This document shows positions 11,142 to 24,349 of a stretch of 64,000 nucleotides of DNA, in pieces. The notes beneath the pieces were generated by a model. That model had not been told where the DNA came from and searched no databases. It saw nothing but the letters and a program-made list of their open reading frames with translations. Numbering within the stretch: position 1 is the first letter of the stretch; each line of letters starts with the position of its first letter. Source of the DNA: Octopus vulgaris (Eukaryota); assembly GCA_951406725.2 (NCBI GenBank), contig OX597822.1:48856001-48920000 (forward strand), read 5' to 3'. The position numbers were made by a program, and so were the translations under genes.

Positions 11142-11501
11142 AAATGTATCGCTAAGTCCACAAGTTTTTTTTCATTCTCTCTCTATCTATTTTCTTGTGT
11201 TCTTTTCTGTTGAAGAGCGTAGGCTTGAAACATAAAAGACTTTCTCACCTTCCCGAGCATCAACCTAATACACCTGCTTGTTGTTTATACACCTGTCTTT
11301 GTCTTTTGTTTTTCTCTAACTTTTCATCATCTGACACAAGATCACTTCCTCCTCCAATTCCCCTTTCCCTCTCAAAGATTCCATCTCACAAGTTACTTGG
11401 CGACCCTACCAGTGCAGGTGCCATGTTTAAAAAGCACCCAGCCCATATTGTAAGGTGGTTGGCATTTGGAAGGGCATCCAGCTGTAAAAACCTTGCCAAA
11501 A

Positions 11502-11585
11502 CTGACCTCAGTCCACTCTGACCTCAGTCCACTCTGACCTCAGTCCACTCTGAACTCAGTCCACTCTGAACTCAGTCCACTCTGC
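11502..11585. repeat. 17-bp minisatellite (ctgacctcagtccact..) about x5
   Basis: Direct tandem copies inside a family C element. Confidence 0.9.
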
Positions 11586-12061
11586 TGGGGGGTCAGTGTT
11601 AGGAAGGGCATCCAGCCATAAAAAACCATACCGAAACAGACAGAGAAGTCTGGTGCAGTCTCCTGCCTGGCTAGCTCCTGTCAAACCATCCAACCCATGC
11701 CAGCATGGAAGGCGGACGTTAAATGATGATGATGGTGATGATGATGATGATGATGATGATGTTTGTGTGTGTGTGTGTGTGTATGGTACTGTCTCCTTAT
11801 CTTCATGTGACTCTGTGTGATTGTTGCCAATGAATATCATGCAGGTGGCGCCCTTCACTTCCAACCTTCCAAGAAACAGGGGGGGTGGTTGATGAGAGGG
11901 AGGCCATGCAGCTGTAGAAAATCTACCTCAACAATTCCATCCGACCCATGGAAGCATGGAAAAGTGGACATTAAATGATGACGATGACAATGTATACACA
12001 AAATCTTTCTTCTTTTCTTCCATCATTCCCGTTCCCACGAATATTCATTACATATTTACCT

Positions 12062-12402
12062 GTCTCATTTCTATACACCCATCTCATCTGTATACACCCA
12101 TCTCATTTCTATACACCCATCTCATCTGTATACACCCATCTCATTTCTATACACCCATCTCATCTGTATACACTCATCTCATTTCTATACACCCATCTCA
12201 TCTGTATACACCCATCTCATTTCTATACACCCATCTCATCTGCATACACCCATCTCACTTCTATACACCCATCTCATCTGCATACACCCATCTCATTTCT
12301 ATACACCCATCTCATCTGTATACACCCATCTCATTTCTATACACCCATCTCATCTGTATACACCCATCACATTTCTATACACCCATCTCATCCGTATATA
12401 CC
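12062..12402. repeat. 19-bp minisatellite with 38-bp dimeric higher-order structure
   Basis: Alternating atctcatttctatacaccc / atctcatctgtatacaccc, about 18 monomers. Confidence 0.95.
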
Positions 12403-12448
12403 TGTCTGTCAACGACTCTCTATACAACCAATGTCTGCTTTGTTACAG

Positions 12449-12578
12449 GAAAACTGTGAAAACGATGGAGTCGTATGTGGCCACAATGGTGAGACTTACA
12501 CCAGTGACTGTGAAGCTTTTGCCCATAAGACAACCGTTGACTATAAAGGATCCTGTCGAAATGTGGGGCAGCTTTCTT
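12449..12578 (+). CDS. RECK: RECK exon H (Kazal-like motif 3)
   Basis: ttacag|GAA..TCTT|gtaagt, 130 nt, phase 0/1. Encodes ENCENDGVVCGHNGETYTSDCEAFAHKTTVDYKGSCRNVGQLS (RECK VCGHNGETY motif). Confidence 0.95.
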
Positions 12579-13480
12579 GTAAGTAACCATTTACAGCTTT
12601 TAAGCAGTTTCTTGCTGATTACTGTCTACTTCCTCAGCGGTGAGCTGGCAGAAACGTTAGCATTCCGGATGAAGTACTTAGCAGTATTTCACCCGTCGCT
12701 AAGTTCTGAGTTCAAATTCCACCGAGGTCGACTTTGCCTTTCATCCTTTCAGGGTCAATAAATTAAGTACCAGTTGCATACTAGTGTTGATCAAATCAAC
12801 TGGCCCCCTTCCCCAAAATTCTTCATTATTTACGTTGTTTGGAATTAATCATGTATTATCTCTTAGTGTTGAGATTTTAGTGTTGTGATACTTTATTCTT
12901 CAAGAATATTGTAAGGTAGGTGTGAGAGGCAGGATCTGGTTGGTTTGAACGTAAACCACATAGGATGTGGCCAGTTTAAACGGTAAAGGGTTCAGGGACC
13001 CCCTTCAGTCATGAATGACCATGGGATTGCACTTAGAAAATTACCCTCCCAAGCATGAATGACCATGGGATTGCACCTAGAAAGTTTCCCTCCGAGGCAC
13101 AAGTCCGAGCAAGGTTGTTTATGGAAGACCAGCAGTTGCCCATGCATACCAGCTTCCCCTCTCCACACCACTGATGTTATCCAAGGGAAAAGCAAAGGGG
13201 CCGATACAGCTTGGCACCAGCAACATCACAACTCATTTCTACAGCTGAGTGAACTGGAGTAACGTGAAATAAAGTGTCTTACTGAAGAACACAACACATG
13301 GCCCAGTCCAGGAATTGAACTCACAATCTCACGATCATAAGCTCGTTGCTCTAACCACTGAGCAATGCACCTTCACAAAGGGTTAAAGCACGTTAATATC
13401 TAAAAAGTCCAGCAGGGTGTTGTAAATCATTACAAAAGTATCTTAGCCATAGCAAAAAAAAAAAAACTGTAGAAATATTG

Positions 13481-13728
13481 TACTGAGTTGGTGCATAATT
13501 ATTGCAGTTTTTTTTTTTTTCATCAAATTTTATTCAGCAAAAACAATAACAATATTTAACAAAAACATCTTTAAATGATTATTCCGGAACATATTCACCA
13601 TCTACTTCAATTACTGCTTCCCATTTTGCTTGGCAGACGGTCAGGCCATCATTTAAAGATGTTTTTGTTAAATGTTGTTATTGTTTTTTGTTGAAAACAA
13701 GCCGCAATAATTATGCACCAACCCAATA
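13481..13728 (-). mobile_element. Mariner-derived MITE (short deletion derivative)
   Basis: Long TIRs (ttggtgcataattattgc...aacaaaaacatctttaaatga) around about 65 bp of the transposase 3' end shared with 29411-29473. TA ends. Confidence 0.8.
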
Positions 13729-14298
13729 TATAAAAAGTTATTATTATTATAGGCGCAGGAGTGGCTGTGTGGTAAGTAGCTTGTCTACCAAATACATGGT
13801 TCCATGTTCAGTCCCACTGCGTGGCACCTTGGGTAAGTGTCTTCTACTATAGCCTCGGGCTGACCAAAGCCTTGTGAGCGGATTTGGTAGACGGAAACTG
13901 AGAGAAGCCCGTCGATTAAAGGTGGTGCTCCAGCATGGCTGCAGTCAAATGACTGAAACAAGTAAAAGAGTAAAGAGTAAAAGAGTATTAAGAAGGGAGG
14001 CTATGGGGATGAGACCATTTGGATTTAAATCAGTCTATAGTAGTGAACATCCCGAGGGTTGGGGACAAAATTAGCTTTTGGGAGCCCAGCTTTGCATATA
14101 AGGACCTGGGGTGATGTTTTAAAAACATTTCATTGAAATCATGCAAACCTTCAAATACAGTAATTATAACGTTTCTGCTTCTTTCTTTTCTTCTTTTCCA
14201 CCAATATCATTCATACCACCACCACCACAACTGTTACTACTACTATCACCACTATTTCTACTACTAATTCCACAAAACCCATTTGTCTTCCTCCACAG

Positions 14299-14403
14299 TG
14301 CAAGATCAACAGAACTCCCACTGCTTCAAGATGACCTGTCCTCCAATCCATCCAAGGTCCTGTAAACCAATTACCCCTCCAGCCGGTTGCTGTCCAATAT
14401 GTG
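14299..14403 (+). CDS. RECK: RECK exon I
   Basis: ccacag|TG..TGTG|gtgagg, 105 nt, phase 1/1. Encodes QDQQNSHCFKMTCPPIHPRSCKPITPPAGCCPIC. Confidence 0.93.
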
Positions 14404-14427
14404 GTGAGGATTTCTGCTTTGCCTCAT

Positions 14428-14553
<126 letters not shown>

Positions 14554-15738
14554 GGTGTCAAGCTGAGGTGTTGAGCTGGCAGAATCATTAGCATGCTGGA
14601 CGAAATGCTTACCGGTATTTCGCCTATAGCTATGTTCTGAGTTCAAATTCCATTGAAGTCGACTTTGCCTTTCATCCTTTTGGGTTTGATAAATTAAGTA
14701 CCAGTTGCATAATGAGGGTCGATGGAATCTGTTATCACCCCTCTCCCAAATTCAGCCCTTATGTCTATAATAGTAATGACTATTAAGGTGTCAAGATGGC
14801 AGACTCATTATCAGGCTGAATAAAATACTTAGCACTGGTGGCCATGGTTGATAGAATGAATACCAGTCATGCGCTGGGGACCATGGTTGATAAAATGAAT
14901 ACCAGTTATGTACTGGGGGCCATAGTTGATGACATCCAACTTAGAAAACATGCTGATGATGACGATGATATATATATATACGTATCACCATCATCATCAT
15001 TGTCGTCATTATCATTTAATGTCTGCTTTCCATGCTGGTATGGGTTGGATGGTTTGACTGAGGACTGGCAAGGCAGGAGGCTGCACCAGGCTCCAATCTG
15101 ATCTGGCATGTTTTCTACAGCTGGATGCCCTTCCTTATACCAACCACTCCGAGAATGTAGTGGGAGCTTTTTACGTGCCACTCTGATTTGGCAAGGTTTC
15201 TAATATATGTGTGTGTGTAAAGGTAAAGCTACCTTCTTAATTTATGCTGATTTCCCGGTTTCCATGGTGTGTATATTCCCCTCCTGGATGGGATGTCGCT
15301 CCATCACAGGGTGACTCATCTTCTTGCCAGCTGAGCAGACTGGAGTAATGTGAAATGAAGTGTTTTGCTCAAAGAACACAATGCGTAACCTGGTCCAGGA
15401 ATCAAAACTACACCCTTACCATCATGAGCCGAACACCCTAACCACTAAGCTATATGCATCCATATATATCCATACATATACATGTGTGTGTGTGTATTTA
15501 TTAGCAAGATCCCAATCCAAGTGTAAAATGAGACACAATCTCAGACCCAACCTAAAATTTGTTGCCATTTTTTCTATGTACATTCCATGATTCTTACGCA
15601 CTGCACTCCGTAGTCTTCTAATTTTCCAATTCTTCTGTTACTAGCAGAGGCAGTGTCCATGTGTGTGTCATGCCATACCAAAAAATATCCTGAACTTTAA
15701 CCCAGCTCTCTTACCTTTTGTGTTCTCTCCTTTTTCAG

Positions 15739-15947
15739 CTGCTGAACTACGTGTTCTTTATAGTACCTCTTTGGCAGATGATGCCCTTAAAGTGGCTGAC
15801 ATCAGACCCATCTCAACCTTAAACATTGCTGAGAAACTCTCAGACCTGATGACTGTGCCACAGTGTGATGTTTTCGCCTACCTGAGTTTAGAAGGAGACA
15901 TGGTTATCTTAATTGCACCTGTCACCAAACACCCGACAGAGCTACAG
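15739..15947 (+). CDS. RECK: RECK exon J
   Basis: tttcag|CT..CAG|gtgaat, 209 nt, phase 1/0. Encodes AELRVLYS...TVPQCDVFAYLSLEGDMVILIAPVTKHPTELQ (RECK VPQCDVF motif). Confidence 0.95.
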
Positions 15948-17013
15948 GTGAATATACATTATCTTCTGAACGGCCAAGAGATTTTCTTGATGTAGACCAG
16001 GAAACCCAGCCAGCAGGCTGCAGACCAGTGCTAAGCCATGGATCTTTAGGGACCAGGCTGCACAGAAAAAAATAAACTTTTATTTCTATTTTATTGACTG
16101 TAGTCTTCATGATGTTTGGCATTCCCCAGGTGTCCCAGAATTAACTATTTCGGTGAAATTGGACAATTTTTAAAAAAAAACTCACTTTTAATTACATTTA
16201 TCATATTTAATATGAATTAAAAGTGTATATACATTTCTAATTTTGTTTATAATTTTATAATTTTTATGATTTTTTTTTTATAATTTCATTTTCATTTCTG
16301 TTGTGGACGCTGACCAGTCCACAATAGCTTCTTTCCAATTTAGCTGCAATCACTTTCTCTTCCTCTCTCCCCAGGATGGAGGAATAGTTTAACTGAACTT
16401 TAAGAACACATTCAGTTAGCAGTGCTGGGGATAACCCCTGAACTGCTTCAAAATGTGTTTTGCAACACTTAGGATAGATCTCATATTTGCAGGGATACAA
16501 ACAGAGCACATGTTGAAAATTTTCAATAAAGTTTTGACACAAGATTTATAAATTTATTTCTTTTGGCATCATAATTAAGTAATAAGCATACGATTCTGTC
16601 AGCTTTTTTTCAAATTTGCCTGATTTCATTGAAACAGTTAATTCTGAAACATTCTGTATATGTATTATATATGTAATACACACACACAAACACACACACA
16701 CAGATATATATCTTATGTACATAATAATTAAATGATATAATATGCCCTCTATCATGTTTTGTTGTAAACATGACACCCTGGTCCATGGTGCAAGAACAGA
16801 TTGGTGACCAGTAATGTGGACAAGCAGTTTTTTTTTGTATTTTCATTTCATTCTTTCTTGTTGTTTAGTAAATGTCAATGTAAATACAGAGGCAGATGAA
16901 AATCATTCCAACAGCAGCCAATAAGAATGCTAAATGCATTTCTGCCTCCCTACGTGTTGTCAGTAGCAAGTACTTTGTGTGTATATATGTATTTATATAC
17001 ATGTGTATATATA

Positions 17014-17104
<91 letters not shown>

Positions 17105-17148
17105 GTGTGTGTGTGTGTATATATATATGATGATGATGATGATTTATA

Positions 17149-17183
<35 letters not shown>

Positions 17184-17872
17184 TTTCTCTGCCTTTCACA
17201 CTTTGCACTCCACTTTGATCTGTCTCTTTCTCTCTCTCTCTCTCTTCTCCTCCTCCTTTGTTCCTTTTTCCCCTTTTTTCTCTCTTCATCTGTCCCTCTT
17301 TTCCTCTCTCTTCTCCTCACACGTGACTAACTTCGGACTGCTGTCCTTTTCGTGGTCAGCAGACGTCGAGGCTAGACACGTTTTTTTCTCTCTTTGCCCC
17401 AAGGCATTTTTCTAATGCGCCAGCTCAAAATTCACCCATCCTGTCAAAAAGACGCCTGTTTCTGACGTCCTGTTTTTGTTATTATTATTATCATTATTGT
17501 TTTTGCGTATTTTCGTATTCTTATTCGTGTTATCATTATTGTTTTAACGTATTTTTGTATTCTTATTTGTTCCCGTCCTTGTTTTGTATACATTCGAGGC
17601 TTTCTTCCAAGGAATCTTATGCGCTTGGCTTAGATATTTCTTTGGGGCTGGCTAGGTCGGAGCAATCTCAAGATTAATCAGCCAAAATTGCGAGGATGAT
17701 CCGGTTCTTGACTGAAGATTGAAGGCTTCGAATGTCCCGTCTGTGTTTTTTGTATCGTCTTCTAAATGTTTTGCATTCTTGTCCCAGTTTGTATTTGTTT
17801 TACATATACACATATATATATATATATATACATACATATATATATATATTTATATATGTGTGTATATATATA

Positions 17873-17911
<39 letters not shown>

Positions 17912-17936
17912 ATATATATATGTGTGTGTGTATATA

Positions 17937-17969
<33 letters not shown>

Positions 17970-18006
17970 GTATAGATGTATATATATATATGTGTGTGTA
18001 TATATA

Positions 18007-18046
<40 letters not shown>

Positions 18047-18058
18047 TATATACATGTA

Positions 18059-18102
<44 letters not shown>

Positions 18103-18312
18103 GTGTATGCATCATATGCATATTTTGAAATCCATCCATTCTTTGTCTCCCTTCCTCTTTCTCTCCCACTTTCATTATATCCCCTTTTTTCCCTCACACC
18201 CACTTTCTCCCTCTTCTGTTGCCTTCTCCCATTCTCTCTCACATACATCCCTTCCTCCTCCTTCACCTCATGTCTCATTTTACTCACTCTTTCTCTCTTC
18301 CTCCAATTACAG

Positions 18313-18528
18313 GTGGCGGCGTGCAACCAAGAAGCTCGGAGGTTCCATCACCTGATCGAGACCAGCAGTCCAACTCTAATGTCACACCTAACCCTTATGC
18401 CTTTACTCAATGCCTTGTTGCGAACTCCTGTCGTAATGCCAGTAGGGGCTGCCAACAGCCCCTTCTTGCCATCGCTCACAATCGTGTGCTCAGTATTTGC
18501 TTTTATGATGACTGTCGGTTACTCTTGA
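18313..18528 (+). CDS. RECK: RECK terminal coding exon K with GPI-anchor-type C-terminus
   Basis: ttacag|GTG..TGA, 216 nt. Encodes [28 protein letters not shown]...[27 protein letters not shown]: small-residue cluster followed by a hydrophobic tail. Confidence 0.93.
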   Translation: MAACNQEARRFHHLIETSSPTLMSHLTLMPLLNALLRTPVVMPVGAANSPFLPSLTIVCSVFAFMMTVGYS

Positions 18529-19572
18529 CTTCTGCAGTATGAACTCCACTACACAGAGTGAGGTGAACCAGTAAAAATAACAACAGCAACATCTATAACA
18601 GAACCAATACAGGAATACAATCGACAAGAAACGACAGAAAAATCACGAACGAAGAAGCGACAAGACGACCGTCGAAATAGTAACTTCAAGGGAGTTAACC
18701 TCGGAAGATTAACTTCTAAAGTTCAAGGGGAGTTAACTTCATCAAGAGTGGCTTCAAGGGAGTTAACTTTAGTAGCTACAGCAGAGTAATAACGATGAAA
18801 GACTTAAAATTAATGACTTCAGAGAAAAATACTGAAAAAAAACTTCGTCCTGAAGGACTTAAAGGAAAAAGATTTTAAATTGAAGGCCTTCAAACTGGAT
18901 GACTTCAGATGAAACACTTCAAAGGAAGAGGTTTTAAGTGAAAAGCCTTCAAGCTAAATAACTTCAGAAAAAGAAATGATTTCACTTGAAAGAATGAAGA
19001 AAGAAATAATGTTTTGTGTATAGGGCAAATGTGGAGCGGCAGAAATTGTTGATAGAATGGTGGAGATAGTTCTTTTTTTACCTTTATATTTTTATTTATC
19101 TCCTTTTAGATTCTGGCTTCAAATTCTATTAAGATAATGAACGACAGTGGGTACATTTAATATAATGACGAAGTACCTGTAATATTCTGGGGGTTAGCAG
19201 GCATTTCATCTGACTATACCGCCCTCCCACCTTTCCTTCATGCTTTCTTTTCTTTCTATACAATGGCTCCTGCCCTTCATCAAAATTAAGCAATCAATTA
19301 TATAACAGAATATTTCTTGAGTCAGACAAGATAATGAGAGAAGATGAACATCTCTTGTTAACGATTCTTTGTGCTTCACATACTTTGGCTTGGCTGTTAT
19401 CAGAGTGGAAATGATAAAACCGAGAGCTTGTCTGAACTGGAAGGATTTTTTTACGTTGGCTTGAAATTATTATTGCATGTAAGCAATGCAAAATCTACTA
19501 TTTGGCTGTTGTTGCAGAGTTACTGGCATTTAAATAATAAATATATTATATATATTTATTATAAGCATGTAT

Positions 19573-19634
<62 letters not shown>

Positions 19635-19744
19635 ATTTGTATATATATATATGTATATATATGTATGTATGCATGTATAACACACACACACATATATAAA
19701 ACACATATATATGAACATATATATTATGTGTGTGTGTATATATA

Positions 19745-19785
<41 letters not shown>

Positions 19786-20005
19786 TGTATATATGTATAT
19801 ATATGTATATATGTATATGTATATATATATGTATATATATATATATGTATATATGTATATGTATATATATATGTATATATATATATATATATAATGTATA
19901 TGTATATATATGTATGTATATTTATATGTATGTATATATATATATATATATATATAATGTATGTGTGTATATATATATGTATATATATGTATGTATATTT
20001 ATATG

Positions 20006-20041
<36 letters not shown>

Positions 20042-21994
20042 GTATGTGTGTATATATATATGTATATATATATTATATATGTATATCTAATGTATATATG
20101 TAATTATAATAATATTTTATGTTACAGGGTTAAATGGTTCAGACCAATCAATGACAAAATAAATTTATCTAAAACATTCTGACTTCAAAAAAACAAAAAA
20201 AGCAATAAATTTGAACAGAGTAGTTTTCAAAACAAATCATCATCTGTGAGGGAGATGTGGCTTTCATCACTCTCTTTATTTTTTTCTATAAATTATAATA
20301 ATTCCAATGCAGAATAACATAAGACCACAGAGTTTGGTGGTGTGTGGTGCATACAAATTACCTTTTCCCTGTTTGACTTGTTGAACTTCGTCCCACAATC
20401 TATGATAATAATTATAAAGCAAAGTCGGCTCCAGTAGGATTTGAACTCATAAACTCGAGAAGTATGACTATCACAAAAAGTTTTATTTAGCTATTCTGCT
20501 AATTGATCCTTCTTGTTATAATTTGTAATCAGGGTTGAATTAAAGCACCAACTGATTCCTCAAGGCACAGCCCAATAATGATGCCTCTGTGATCCATCCG
20601 TTGTCCAACTAAGTCATCACCAATTTTCCATGATTCCATGGATTGGACAGAATTTGTTGAGGTGGGTTTTCTACGGCCAGATGTGTCCTTCTTGTAACTA
20701 ACCCTTCACCTGTTTCCAATCAAGGTAATACTTCACCTGTTTCCAATCAAGGTAATACTTATATATTAGGAAAGATTAGGAACATTAGTAAGATGGTGAC
20801 ATTCGTTTTGCAGCTGTCTTGTAATGTCAAGAGAAGGAGACATACAATCATCCACACACACAATTGTGCATACACACTCACACATACAAACACACTTATG
20901 CATACATATATATACACACATACTGATATACTTATACACACATACACACAGATATATATGTATACACACACATACATGCAGGCACACACACACACATGCA
21001 CACTCACACACACACACACACACACACACATGCAACAGGTTTCTCTCAGTGTCTCTCAGCGAAATCCAGTGGAAAGGCTTTGGTCAACCTAGGTCTGTAG
21101 CAGAAGACACTTGCCCAAGGTGCCACGTCGACTTTACCGTTACCTTTCATCCTTTCGAGGTCAATAAATAAAGTACCAGTTTCATACTGGGCCTGATCGA
21201 ATCGAATGGACCCCTCCCTAAAACTTCGGGCCTTGTGCCTAGAATAGAAAAGAATTTATTCACATTGTTTTGAATTAATCTTGCATTCTTTTGTAGTCTT
21301 GAGATTTCAATGGTGTGTTTGGATATTTTTAGAATGACATTGCAGGGTCGGTGTGAAAGAAAATTTAGGCTGGATATTGCTGGATTAAATGCTAATAGGT
21401 TTAGTAATTAAGTAATTATATTAAAAATTTGCTTTTCTTCCATTACCATCCCTAGACCATAACTAAATTAAATAAAACCTATTTTTAAATTCCTTCAAGA
21501 TGGCAAAGTAGTAGCAGTCTTGTCAGGGTGTGGGATAGAGTGCTACGTGGTGTACATTCTAACTCTCTGACCTGAGTTCAAATCTTACTGTGATTGCCTT
21601 CTGTTCTCTTGGTGGTGGTGGTTTCTGGCAATGAAAAGCACCAATCCAGGGCAGCGGATTGGTGGATATGTTAAAGGGTCAAGCAGGATGCCTTGGGGTA
21701 TTTGTTACAATTCTCTGCACACTGAGTTCAAATTATGCCAAAGTCAACTTTGCCTTCTAATTTTTTTTTTTTTTTTTTGTCTTTTGGTGGATTGATTAAC
21801 TATGAACCAATCCGAGGCAATGGATTTGTAAATCAGGCAAAATATTTTGTGCTATCCATTCTGGCTCTTTGAATTCTGTCACCAACACCTGTGATGGCAC
21901 TTGTTCAAAGCCCACTTCTGCCCAAGTCAGCAGCCTTTCCTTTGGGTAAACATCAACTATGTAGAGAGGTGAGATTCATATGTATAGGTAATTA

Positions 21995-22465
21995 ATGGTT
22001 ATAGGAAAATTTGCTGTAAGAAATTTTGCCAAATAAGAAAATTCATCATTAGAAAAATTCACCATATGGACAATAATAAAGCATATTATATGAGGAAAAG
22101 AGTTTAGCAAAAAATAAAAATTGTGGTTTATATTGAGGAGATGCAGCAGAGATGAAGAAAAAGTATAATAATATTAATGCAAGACTTTAGAAACAAATGC
22201 TTCAATACAATCCACAGCAAAAAAGTACATTATTTACACAGCATTGCTTGGAATTTTCATAGGTTTTAAATGACCTCATCACCTCATTTTACTGTTTAAC
22301 ATTCAATAAAGACTTGCCTCTTTAATGCTTTTTATAAAACCTTTTTATCACTCTCTCTTTTTTTAATTTTCAAAAATCCTGATATAATTACACTTCATCA
22401 TTGTCCATACAGCAAATTTTCCTACAGCAAATTTTCTTGTGTCAATGATGTTTACAAAGAATTTT
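21995..22465. mobile_element. Degenerate foldback/MITE with long imperfect inverted arms
   Basis: aaattcaccatatggacaataataaagcatattatat (about 22056-22092) is inverted relative to atataattacacttcatcattgtccatacagcaaattt (about 22382-22419). Subrepeats ggaaaatttgctgta / tacagcaaattttcc. Confidence 0.55.
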
Positions 22466-23761
22466 CTGGACACAGCAACTTATAATCTGACTCTAACTAT
22501 TTAACCCAATGCCACACAATCATAAGTAATTAAATTCATTGTTATCATGGACCAACAGATGCCTCTATTTATTCATCAGTAAATAACAGTTATACTTGCA
22601 AGCAAAAGATTCACTTATAACTAAAGAAACAGGGAAAGGTGTAAACTTCCAACTCCTTTTGTTGGGGCAATGTGTCAGCTGGGAAATCTGGAATTGTAAA
22701 AAAGAAAAGGAAACCTCTACAAAATAGCCTTTCCTCTATGCCCTAAACATGTTTTTTCCTTTTTTTTTTTAACTTGGTTAATCCAAATCTGCTTATAATG
22801 ACAATCCTATGAAATCTATAAACAACTCCAGAGCTATCAAATAAAACTCTCACGTAAAAGAATCATAACAAAAACAAACAACAAAATGGCTTGTAATGTT
22901 ATAAAGTGATATGGTGAACTTATCCTAATGTTCACTGTGTTCACTGTCTTATGTTGCAAACACTGACAAAGTGAAGAAATCACAACTGGTTACAGCGTTC
23001 GCTATGTCCATTACAAACAGTGGCACAGTGAACATTGTCTCAATGTTCACTATGTTCACAATTTATGTTACAAAATAGTAACCTCATGAAGAGCTGTTAC
23101 AAGCAGTAACATAGTGAACAAAGTTCACGATTTTTTAAAGATGTTTATTATGTTTATACAAACAGTAACACACTGAGAAAATCTCAATTGATTTTTAGAT
23201 GTTCATTATGTTGAAAGCTTTAGCATAAATGAACAATTCACAGATTAAGATTTTCACTGTATATATGTTACAAACAGTAACAGTGAACAAACCATGATTG
23301 ATTACAGTTCAATATGTCTGAAATACATTTTTTTTCAACTCCAGCCCTGTTATGGAATCTCCATTGATAATTGTCCAAATTGTTTCAGTTTTTACTTGCA
23401 ACTGTGCTGTATATGACACTGTATCATGAAGAATCGGTTGAGCAACAGACACAATGTCTTGTGGTAGTTATGTCTCCTTGCATTTTTGAGTTTGACCCTG
23501 CTCACAATCAATAAACATGTATCTCACACACACACACACATATACCATAACCATGATACATAACCACAATATATATAATATATATTATATTAATATGCAT
23601 TTATGTATTAGCCTTTATGGGTACTTTACTGGCAGTATATTGGATAAATGATATCCCTTAGCGGGTTACACTCATAACCCCTATTTCACTTTGTAATTAT
23701 ATGCATATATATATATAAATATATATATATGCATATTTATATATATATATATATGCATATT

Positions 23762-23805
<44 letters not shown>

Positions 23806-24349
23806 CATACATACATACATATTTATATATATATATATATATATATACATACATACATGCATATATATATTATGTTTTTATTAATATTTAGCAGAAACAA
23901 CAGAGTGACTCAGGGTCTGAGAGTTTCGTGCATTGGCATTTATCAAACTCGTTGCAGGTCAAAGGCCTGTCAGTTTATATAGTTGTTGATAAATTTTCTT
24001 CTGGATTGTTCTCGAATGAATCATGGTAATGTCATGTGGATAATACAAATAGTTTTCCTGTTAAGGCATCCAATGAACAAATGCACAGATAAATAAATAA
24101 GAGAGAAAAAGAGAGAAAAAAAGAAAGAAACCTTGTGCATATCATCACACACGCACACACACTCACATACACATACCAATATACATATGTACGTAGACGC
24201 ATGCACATGTGTGTGTGATTGCATATACATATATATATGTGTGTGTGTATATATGTACGAGTGTGTGTGTGTATATATGTACGAGTATGTGTATATGTGC
24301 ATATATACATGTAATAAGAAGGAGAAAGAAAAAGAAAACAAGGATTGGT

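Noticed and set aside
15990-16830. Possible hAT-like relic in intron J-K
   Set aside because: Termini and coding remnants are too degenerate to call from sequence alone.
22897-23318. CRISPR array interpretation of the repeat-spacer pattern
   Set aside because: Eukaryotic context, degenerate repeats, irregular spacer lengths and no cas genes. Kept only as a palindromic array finding.
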